Source: the human T2T-CHM13v2.0 reference genome, Homo sapiens. Taken from it: a stretch of DNA of 64,000 nucleotides. The stretch lies in NCBI RefSeq assembly GCF_009914755.1, contig NC_060928.1; one strand, given 5' to 3'. Positions within the stretch are counted from its first letter, which is position 1, and each line of letters opens with the position of its first letter. Shown in pieces: positions 42,989-53,344 of the stretch. Both the position numbers and the translations under genes were made by a program. The notes beneath the pieces are model-generated. The model saw nothing but the letters and a program-made list of their open reading frames with translations. It did not search any database and had not been told where the DNA came from.

Positions 42989-44059
42989 TATTTTATTTTA
43001 TTTTATTATTATTATACTTAAAGTTTTAGGTTACATGTGCACAATGTGCGGGTTTGTTACATATATATACATGTGCCATGTTGGTGTGCTGCACCCATTA
43101 ACTCCTCATTTAGCGTTAGATATATCTCCTAATGCTTTCCCTCCCCCCTCACCCCACCCCACAACAGTCCCCGAAGTGTGATGTTCCCCTTCCTGTGTCC
43201 ATGTGTTCTCATTGTTCAATTCCCACCTATGAGTGAGAACATGCAGTGTTTGGTTTTTTGTCCTGGCAATAGTTTGCTCAGAATGATGGTCTCCAGTTTC
43301 ATCCATGTCCCTACAAAGGACATGAACTCTTCATTTTTTATGGCTGCATAGTATTCCATGGTGTATATGTGCCACATTTTCTTAATCCAGTCTATCGTTG
43401 TTGGACATTTGGGTTGGTTCCGAGTCTTTGCTATTGTGAATAGTGCCACAATAAACATACGTGTGCATGTGTCTTTATAGCAGCATGATTTATAATCTTT
43501 TGGGTATATACCCAGTAATAGGATGGCTGGGTCAAATGGTATTTCTAGTTCTAGATCCCTGAGGAATCGCCACACTGACTTCCACAATGGTTGAACTAGT
43601 TTACAGTCCCACCAACAGTGTAAAAGTGTTCCTGTTTCTCCACATCCTCTCCAGTGCCTGTTGTTTCCTGACTTTTTAATGATTGCCATTCTAACTGGTG
43701 TGAGATGGTATCTCATTGTGGTTTTGATTTGCATTTCTCTGATGGCCAATGATGATGAGCATTTTTTCATGTGTTTTTTGGCTGCATAAATGTCTTCTTT
43801 TGAGAAGTGTCTGTTATATCCTTCGCCCACTTTTTGATGGGGTTGTTTGTTTTTTTCTTGTAAATTTGTTTGAGTTCATTATAGATTCTGGATATTAGCC
43901 CTTTGTCAGATGAGTAGGTGTGAAAATTTTCTCCCATTTTGTAGGTTGCCTGTTCACTCTGATGGTAGTTTCTTTTGCTGTGCAGAAGCTCTTTAGTTTA
44001 ATTAAATCCTATTTGTCAATTTTGGCTTTTGTTGCCATTGCTTTTGGTGTTTTAGACAT
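42989..44059 (-). mobile_element. L1PA3/4, 5'-truncated (about 1.07 kb), ORF2 C-terminus plus 3' UTR
   Basis: ORF 43216-43830 translates to the L1 ORF2p C-terminus ([10 protein letters not shown]...[14 protein letters not shown]...MFSLIGGN); perfect 16-bp TSD gatttttagattcttt at 42973-42988 / 44060-44075. Confidence 0.98.
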
Positions 44060-44149
44060 GATTTTTAGATTCTTTGTTGATAACTGATGCTAGACATTTG
44101 TCACCCGTGTGAGAGCATTGTGTAAGTCATGACATAGCACATACGTGAA

Positions 44150-46240
44150 TAGGTCATGCATTGTCCAGTGTGATAACAGAGGAATTTGTTTTTAACATTA
44201 AATTACATTCACGTATGTACAACATATGTAGATGATTAAATTTTAAACTATCAAAATTTACAGTTACCCTAGTATAACAATAACTCAATCTCAAGGAAGA
44301 AAAATATTGACAAGCAGAAAAATGTTTAAGAGATGAAATAATTGATCCATTAGGAATAGAGTAATAAATATGCCTTTCTAAGTTCAAAGGGGAGAAATGA
44401 CTAATACCACAAAAGCAAGCTAATGCAAAAGTATGCTTAAGAGAAAATACTTCAACCAAAACAATATGTAAGAAAGTTATTATGTTAAAACTATTAAAGT
44501 GTGGGGAATACTTCATCAATTAGTCTAAATATTAATATAGAAATTTCTAAAGGTACGAAAGTACGTTATATGAAGTAATGAAAGTGCAAAAACCTAGTAC
44601 ATATAAAACTGTATATATGAGAAAGTAAAAATGTTCATTTTGTGCCATGGAAAAGAATGCCAACAAATGTACTAATAAAATATTAAGATAAATCATTTTG
44701 TAATTATAATATATGCATTTTATATTTATAAAGAAAAATAGGTAATTTATAACAGTCATTAGAATTTATTTGGCTTGTACAGAACAAGCCAAATAAAAAT
44801 TAAAAATTATTAAAATGTAACAATTAAAACAGTGTAATTTCAATGGAACAAAATAGAAAGAATAACAATAACCCCAATCACTTATGAGACTGTTATGCAT
44901 AGTAAAGCTGACTTCTCAAAACAATGTCAGAAATGTATTATATTTAATAAATGTGGTTGTAATTATTAAGTAGCTGATGAAAAAATGCACTTGGATCTTT
45001 ATGTATCATCTAACATTAAAGTTATTATAGGCATATCAAATATTTAAAAGTAAGAATAAAGCTACAATGTTCAAAGAAAATACAGTGGAAGCCTTTGTAT
45101 GATATGTTTGTTATTGATTCATAAATATTTGTACATTATTTATGGGGTACATGTAATATTTCATTACATGCATAGAATGTGTAAGATAAGTCAAGGTATT
45201 TAGGATATCCATCATCTCTAGTATTTATCATTTCTATCTGTTGGGAACATTTCAAATCCTCTCTTCTAGCTATTTTCAAATATACAATGCATTGTTGTTG
45301 TTGTTGACTATAGTCACTCTACTGTTAAACATTAGAACTTATTCCTTCTATCTAACTGTGTGTTTCTACTCATTAGCCAACCTCTCTTCATCCCTCCCAA
45401 CTCCAATCCACATACCCTTTCCAGTCTCTGGCATCTATCTGACATCTATCATTCTACTCTCTAATTCCATGAGATCATTTTTTTTTAGTTCTCATATATA
45501 ACTGAGAAATCAGTGTATCAAAAGTATGCACTGGAAGAACTTCTACAACGACACAGAGGTCACATATTTTAATATCTAAAAATAAAATAATATCAAAGGC
45601 AAGTGACCAATGAGTTTAAGAAAATAAAACACATCTCAGGATTAGTTTCCTTAATTTTTAAAAAGTTCCTGAAAATCAATATTTCTAAAGTTTAGTAAAA
45701 AGAGGGCAGTTTCAATTGAGAAAAAGAAATGCAAATTACTCTTGATTACATATTTTAAATGCTTAATTGCACTGCTGGTAAGAGAAAAGCAACTCAAAAC
45801 TACTTGGAGATACCAGCCTTTACACCACCTTGATAAACACCAAAAAGGTTTGATAACAATATTTTAATGAGTGGATAAGAAAAAAAATTCCCTGTTGAGG
45901 GAAATTTCATAATATCTATACAAATTAACATATATAATGTTTGATTCAGCAGTGACACTTTAGTAATTTATCTAATGGGCGTGCGTGTTTGGCCATATGT
46001 GAGTAATATGTACATGAGTTTTTTAATTTAAAAAAATTATTTTTAATAGCAACATCCAAGAGAAAGAAAGCAGGACAGGAACAGAAAGAGAGAAAAGACC
46101 AGATGTTTACTTAATTAATATGCTACAATACAGCTAGTAAAAAGAATGAGACAACTTTATAGACACTGGTATAGAAGAATGGTATATTATTGAATTAAAA
46201 CAAACTATAAAGAAGATACCGTCATTCATGCGTGATCTAA
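44150..46240 (+). mobile_element. Highly degraded L1ME-type ORF2 / 3' UTR relic, split by L1MA
   Basis: aattaaaacagtgt...caatggaacaaaatagaaag; tatttaataaatgtggttg; gaaatgcaaatt; tttgattcagcagtgacactttag. Confidence 0.55.
45105..45508 (-). mobile_element. L1MA3/4 3' end fragment
   Basis: tttatggggtacatgt...ttgggaacatttcaaatcctctcttctagctattttcaaatatacaat...agaacttattccttctatctaactgt. Confidence 0.88.
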
Positions 46241-46467
46241 AAGTGGATGTGTACATATATGTGTGTACATATATACATGTCTCAGAAAGAATAAGTTATA
46301 TATAATTATTAATTGTATATTATAATTATCATATAATTATATGTACACATATACACAAATGGGTAATACATTTCTGAGGGACTAGCATGGGATGGCGATA
46401 TATTATCTTTCCACTCTTTGTATTAAATTATTGCATTTACATATTCAAAAATGAATGCAAACTTATA

Positions 46468-46520
46468 TTAGTTTGGTGCAAAACTAATGGCAGACCCCAG
46501 TTACTTTTGTACCACCCTAA
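46468..46520. mobile_element. MADE1 (Hsmar1-derived MITE), internally deleted
   Basis: TA-ttagtttggtgcaaaactaatgg...cagttacttttgtaccaccctaa-TA: both TIR ends and the TA TSD present; 53 bp versus 80 bp consensus. Confidence 0.85.
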
Positions 46521-47024
46521 TAGAACATAATATTGCTTCTGTTTTGGGGATGTCTTTCATATTGGAAGACGAGACTCAAATGCTATTTAGAAATCAAGCA
46601 AAAAAACCCGTGGTCAAAGAAATTGAGAGAAATAACAAGGAACGCTAGCTGCAGATTGTGTAAAGAATTTCAGGGACTGTAGAAGGTGCAGGGTATGATA
46701 TAGGAGCCATTTATATGGGGTAGCTTTGGGGTTTAGGTGTGGTTGCATTTATTTAAATCCATGCTGAATGGTATTTGGTGTAGACATTTGAATTCCATTT
46801 AACACATTCCATTGTGTTTGTTAGGTTTTTTCACTATTTTATTTTTCCTTGGAAGATATTAATCTCGGTGAATCAGAAAAAGGACTGCATTTCACTACAT
46901 TTAGAGACATACAGTTTACTGAAGTACTATACAAGTGAGACAAAGTTTGCTTTGGCATTTTATTAATAGAGAATAACAGTAGAGAGGTCAGAAATTCAAT
47001 TAGGGTGGGGGTAGGTTACAGAAA

Positions 47025-47130
47025 ATAGATATTGATAGAAATAATGTAGATATAAATAAAGATGTAAATGCATAGATGTAGATAAAGATTTAGATTGAGA
47101 TACAGATATAGATACAGGCAGACATATTTA
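47025..47130. repeat. Degenerate (TAGA)/(TAGATA) simple repeat
   Basis: atagatattgatagaa...tagatgtagataaagatttagattgagatacagatatagatac. Confidence 0.6.
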
Positions 47131-49039
47131 GACAATTATTACCAGTAGATAGGAAAGTAAGTAGAGTGGGAAGTTACAGTTTGAGGCTTTAAAGAAGAAA
47201 CCAAAATATTTGAAAAGTAAAAATAGATGAAATTCAGGACACAGTTTAAATTTAGAGAAAACATTTAAGTGCTTAAGCTTCGGAGAAAAGATGGAAAGGA
47301 GAGAGGATGAAATTGATTAAAGAAATATTTAAAGTTCTAGAAAGGAATCTCTAGAAGCTGTCTTCATGGCAATTAATGACTAAACAATTATATGTGGTTT
47401 TTAAAATCAGCCTTGGGAAATTCCTTTAGATACAAGGCAGCTTTTCTGTAAACATTAAAATCTTTTGAGTGTAAACTCCCAAACAAGTTTTTCCATGTTT
47501 GCCTAAAAGTGGATATAAAGGATTGGCCTTCCTAGAATGAGGGTAGATTTTCCTGAAATCATGGTAATAAAGGCAGCTTTATAGAGTATAGTATAAAGTA
47601 TAGAGTATATACTTTATATTTCTATAGGCAGGATAAAGCTACCTGGGTGCTGAATTTACCCTTGAAACTACCCGTGAGAAGTGAAACTTTTTAAGCCTCA
47701 CTATTTTTTCAGTAACACGAGATGTTTGCTAGATTATCTCTATGTCCACCTCCTAAAAACTGTATCAAATGATAAGATGAACTTTACAAATTTCTTCCAG
47801 CACCAGGGTCTGTAACTTTATGATATTTCTGTGCACTAGCATGGGACAAAATAAATTATTGTTTATGTCTACTTCCTACCATCTGGGGATCTTATTTCTG
47901 AAGCAGTCATAAAAGAATGTTTGCTTATAAATTATTCCCAGGGATTTTTTTGCACTCTTAGTTTCGGAACTGCCTCTGCATAATATGAAATGCATTGTTT
48001 CACTGCCAAAGCTGAGGTTGACAGCCTAGGGCTTGCAGGAGAATATTTTTGCAGATAATAACTCCTTCTTGCATGTAATAGAATTCATGATTCCATACAT
48101 CTTCTCCCAATTTTACATACAGCCATATACACATAGAATGTAGCTATTTAAGAGTTAATGACAAATAAATCAATAATCATTCTCCGCACTGCAGAATAAG
48201 ATGATCAGTCTAGTTTCATGAGTGACTTCAGATCTGGGAGGCAGAAGACAATTGAAAAATAGGGTGGTCTGAGATACAGATTTCATTCGGAATTCGAGTA
48301 GCTAAATATAACCACATATAACACACACGTGCAAATCACACACAAAAATACACTGCTTCAGGGTGACAAAAATAAATTAGTATTGAATATGAAATGATTA
48401 GGCTATTATTAGAATATAAAATATTTTAATGAAATTTACATATAAGCTCTTCGGCTGTAAAAATGAGTGCATTGTGTAAAATGATTTTTAAGACCTTACT
48501 TTTTTAGAAATATCTACATATCATCTATAGAGTAGTAATAGGGTTTTTGCTTTTTCTACACATGAACTAAAGAACATGAACAAGGATAATTTACTCTTTT
48601 GACTACTATGAATCACCTTTAAATAAAATATTAAATTAATTAAATATTGGTCACTTTTTTGTTTTATTGCTAAATTTTAAAGGGTTTATTTTGTTTTGCC
48701 TACCTTTGCACTTTTTTTTAAATCAGAGGCTCATTTTCTGATATTGTTCTTAATACAGTAAAATCACTGGTCTGTCAATACTTCTCTTTGTTTATTCTTT
48801 TTTCTCTTCATATAACTTTCATGACTTTCTCCAGAAAGCTATGTTTTCAATAAATACCACTTGACTTGTATGTTATTGTTAAATGTATGTTTGGTTTTGG
48901 AATGCTCATTTTGTAATAAATTTTGTTGATGTTTAATATGCATTGAAAGGCACAAATTATAAGAGTTTACCTAAGTTTTTCTCATGTTAACATAGGTGAT
49001 TAATCTACACAAGATAAAGACATGGAATATTACTAGGCC

Positions 49040-49310
49040 TGCACAGATGCCCCATCTCCCTTTCCAGTTACTTCCTTCATCAAGAGCAATGCTTACACTG
49101 AAAAACTGAAGTCTCTTGTTTCAGAGTTTTATGTAAATAGAATCAAACACTATGCACTCTTTTTGTTTCTGAGTTCTTATAGTCCATGTTATTTTCTATC
49201 AGATTTATCTATGTTGTTTTGTGAAGGTCATCTTAATCTGCTCTCATAATTCTATAACAGACTTCCTCAAACATTTTACTCTGGATGGATTTTTGATCAA
49301 GTTTCAGGTG
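49040..49310 (-). mobile_element. L1ME 3' UTR fragment
   Basis: ttttatgtaaatagaatcaaacactatgcactctttt...agatttatctatgttgtt. Confidence 0.55.
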
Positions 49311-49385
49311 TCAGAGAAACTCTAAGTAAAATTTATAATATCTACCTTTCAAAGTTAACATATTCAGTGGTTTATCTACTACAGT

Positions 49386-49748
49386 TGATAGGATTTGACT
49401 GTGCCCCCATCCAAATCTTAACTTGAATTGCATCTCCAAGAATTCCCAAGTGTTGTGGGAGGGACCCAGTGGGGAAGGTAATTGAATCATGGGGGCTGGT
49501 CTTTCCCATGCTATTCTGGTGATATTGAAAAAGTCTCATGAGATCTGATGGGTTTATCAGGGGTTTCCACTTTTGCTTCTTCCTCATTTTCTCTTGCTGC
49601 CACAGTGTAAGAAGCTCCTTTCACCTTTGACCTCCCGCCATGATTCTGAGCCCTCCCGAGCCATGCAGAACTGTAAGTCCAATTAAACCTCTTTTTCTTC
49701 CCAGTCTCGGGTATGTCTTTATCAGCAGTGTGAAAATGGACTAATACA
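49386..49748 (+). mobile_element. THE1A solo LTR (ERVL-MaLR)
   Basis: TG...CA ends; THE1A-type gggtttatcaggggtttccacttttgcttcttcctcattttctcttg; attaaa polyA signal; 5-bp TSD acagt / acaat. Confidence 0.95.
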
Positions 49749-51397
49749 ACAATCTAACAATAAGTTGTCAATGATCTTTTGAGTAGCAAAAGATATTTCT
49801 GTAGATATGCTTATTTTTAGCTTCTTATTCACCTCTTTATGTGGTTTTCCCTTCCAACAGTGGATATTAATTCTAATCAGATAAATATTGTAGGTACAGA
49901 ACATTTTTATTTTTTAAATTCCTACTTGATTTTTTAACTTTACTGAAAAAATCCTAAAATCCTAATCACAAATTTCTTCTATACTGTGTGCTAATGATTA
50001 ATGAGCTGCGATAGGTGAAATGTCATGTGAGGTTTTTCTTTTTGATTTAAAATAAAAAACTGTCTTTTAACCACAATTTATTGGCAAAAGTAAACAAAAT
50101 AAAACATCAGCAACAAAAGCCAGGTTAAGCTTAACTAATCTTTCTTGAAAGTAATTTCTTTTTCACAAATGTTTAAAACATCAGGCAAGTATTTTCAGAC
50201 AAATAACTGTTGTAACCAAATGATATTTAATTTTCTAAAGGTGAGCTTGGTAGAATCAATTTAGTGGATATAAAATTGCTTTTAAGTCAGATTATTTATA
50301 ACACGAAAATTTATTGACATGTTGAAAATAAATGTAGTAATAATATAATTATTTAAATAAAATATGAATAAAATATAGCTTTAAAACAACTTTATAAAAA
50401 ACTTTGATAAGACAACATTTCTCACTGAGTGGCGTGATCAAGTCTAAATACAGGGCTAGAAGTTACAAATTTATTTTACATATGTACTAGTTTATTGATC
50501 TTTTTAGGTTTAACAAATAACTTTGGTTAACCTTGAGAATAGGAACACAGTGATTTTATATGAACTAAAATGAGATTATTTAAGTCTTTGAACTTTTTTT
50601 TTAAAAAATAGCAGTGTGGTCACACATTGATGAGGATGAAAACTACATAAAAAATTTTATTAATTTTCTATGAATAGCAGTACAGTCTTCTTTTACAGAA
50701 CCCAGAACCTGCTTAGGGAAAATCAGCTAATCTTAACTTGATCATACGATCAGCCTGCATTTTGTAAAGTTATTTTTCTTTGCTTTGTGTCAAGTTCTCA
50801 GATTGAGCAGAATTTCAGAAAAAAAAAGGGCCCTCACTTGTTCAAGTGTGAGTGTTCAAAGAGGGGAAACGCAGCTCAATTGTTTGCTACATTTCTCTCA
50901 GATGGGTTTTAATAAAATGTGAGATGTTCTGATATTCTTCACAGCTTTCAAACCAAAGCTGTAGTGAAAACTTTTCAGTGTTTTATTTTACAACATTTTC
51001 AGTGTTCTTAAATCCAAGGATTTTGTCACTTGAAGTCAAAACATTTTCTCAATTTCATTGCAGAGATGTGTTCATCTAATTTTAAAATGTTTAAGAAGAG
51101 TCATTCTGCAGATAATCTTCATTTCTGTAGCACTCAATAAGTAAAATCTGGCCAATGATTTTTTTGAAATATTCTTGCAATTGACCTTTCAGATCAAACA
51201 TTTTATTAAAAACTCCTCATCTGCTAGACTGCCTTATTACTATACATAGCAGGAGATTTACTTGTGCTTTATCTAGATTTTCACAAGTTTATAAAATATT
51301 CTGGATTAAACAAGTCTTTGTTACATGAAAGTAGTCGTTTTTGAAGTTACAACTAATAAATGCATAAGTAGCTTCTAGACATTTTTCACTTCATTTT

Positions 51398-51571
51398 TTT
51401 AAAATCACATTTGAATGTGATTTTAAACAACATTTGGAAAAGAACAATTTGGTTCTTTTCCAAATTGTTGTTGCTATTGCCATATTTATAGCAATATAAA
51501 TAAAAATTTAAATAAGCTTTACATTTATATAAATGTTATATTTAATAAATTTATATTTACTTATGTAAATA
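51398..51571. repeat. Cluster of five inverted repeats / palindromes
   Basis: 14-bp arms at 51398-51427; 14+6-bp arms at 51426-51472; 7-bp arms at 51471-51494; 16-bp palindrome at 51521-51536; 7-bp arms at 51554-51571. Confidence 0.9.
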
Positions 51572-52083
51572 CAAATGTATATTTCTATTTGGTTACAAAT
51601 GATACACAATGGAACGGGATGACTCATATTACCAGTCCACATGAAACCTATTGATAATAGCTCTTGTTATAGTAACCAACTTGTTGGAGATCCTTGTCGA
51701 ATTAAGACAATAAATGACTCAGAAAATTATAATGCATCATCAGAATTATTCATACTCCTATACGTGGAATCTTATTATTTTGACACCACTTCTTAAAAAT
51801 ACCCATAGTACATTGACAGATATACTGTAAATAATAAAGTCTAATAAGATAAGAAATAGAAGTAAAAACTAAATGAAAAAATGCAAAAACAAAATTATCA
51901 CAATGCAAGATACTTCTAACTTACACAATCCGTGTTTTTCTTCTTTCTTTCTTTCATAACCTGTTTTCTAATGTTTATCACAGCAGCAGAGCAAGTTGCA
52001 CAACAGAGTGCAAACATTTGCATAAAAATGTTTCTTAAAATGAACATTGTCTCTCCAATTTTCTATTATAAGAGTAGATTTTA

Positions 52084-52379
52084 GGCTGGGTGCGGTGGCT
52101 CACACCTGTAATCCCAGCACTTTGTGAGGCCGAGGCGGGCGGATCACGAGGTCAGGAAATTGAGACCATCCTGGCTAACACGGTGAAACCCCGTCTCTAC
52201 TAAAAATACAAAAAATTAGCCAGGCGCGGTGGTGGGCGCTTGTAGTCCCAGCTACTCAGGAGGCTGAGGCAGGAGAATGGCTTGAACCTGGGAAGCAGAG
52301 CTTGCAGTGAGCCGAGATAGCACCACTGCAGTCCGGCCTGGGCAAGAGAGCGAGACTCCGTCTCAAAAAAAAAAAAAAA
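52084..52379 (+). mobile_element. AluY (Yb/Yk-lineage-like variant), full length
   Basis: AluY body with gcagtccggcctggg in place of gcactccagcctggg; TSD aagagtagatttt / aagagtagacttt. Confidence 0.97.
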
Positions 52380-52559
52380 AAGAGTAGACTTTGTTCAATC
52401 CCTTAAGCAGGTCAGCGATGTACAAGAGGAGTTTGGGAGCAATAATTGGGGAGGGAGATGCTGATGCCATCAGTCAACTATTTCCACTCTGAGCAATACC
52501 ATACACATCAGTGATCAGTGGTCTCCCTTATAATGGAAGAAAGGCTATGGCTACATAAT

Positions 52560-53340
52560 TTAACTCTCCAATGATATATGACCATCTTAAAAGGCAGTAA
52601 GTACTTGCAAGTACTTGCTCTCTCAGCACAATGTATAAAGCTTCCTTTATCACCACATCTACACCAACACCTGCATTCCTCAGCTTTCTAAACCTGCCGT
52701 TGAAGTGCTTTGCTGGAGTTTCCTGTGTATTCCAGATGCCAAATACTTAGAAGTTATGGACATTGTAAATACCTCCACAGATTCTGTCAACTATCTGTGA
52801 AGTCTGTCAAGATGTCATCCATTAAAAAGAAAGCCTTATCTTTGATGAAATAAAATTCATCAGTATTTTAGCTTATGGATTGTTATTGTGAAATTTTGAT
52901 TACCAATTTTTGGCAACATTGTTCATCAACATGTATTGATAGCATTGGTTTTATAAGTTAACCTATAACCTTTATCTCTTTATCTACCTGCAATCACTTT
53001 GTAAGTGCATTCTTTGGTAGAAATAGCATATTATTTCCTTCCATATAGTTACCTGGCATCCTAATCTTAACATTAAACAATTCAGGTTGCAACCTGACAC
53101 ATTGAGTTTCTGAATACACTTGGATTTGTCTCTGAATCTCAATTTTTTTTTTGTATGGCTGTTTGTCTGATTTTCAAAAATGCCACTCTGCATGAGAACT
53201 GTGGTTCTGTAGGATTATGGTTCTGTAGGATGTTGTGTATCTCTTAGGGTAATTTCTTCTATGGTACTCCTATATTACTCTTCTTTTTGAAGATAACCTA
53301 GCTATTTCTGGGACTTTATTCCACCGTATAAATTTTCCAT
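52560..53340 (-). mobile_element. Highly degraded L1ME-type relic
   Basis: cagcacaatgtataaagcttcc...acatctacaccaacac; tttgatgaaataaaattcatcagt; gctatttctgggactttattccaccgtataaatttt. Confidence 0.45.
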
Positions 53341-53344
53341 ATCT

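Noticed and set aside
43216-43830. 204-aa ORF as a host gene
   Set aside because: It is the C-terminus of L1 ORF2p in a 5'-truncated L1PA; the start arises from a frameshift
47592-47618. 11-bp hairpin tataaagtata / tatactttata, and 7-8 bp stems at 729-749 and about 23286-23305
   Set aside because: Short or low-complexity AT-rich stems that can plausibly arise by chance
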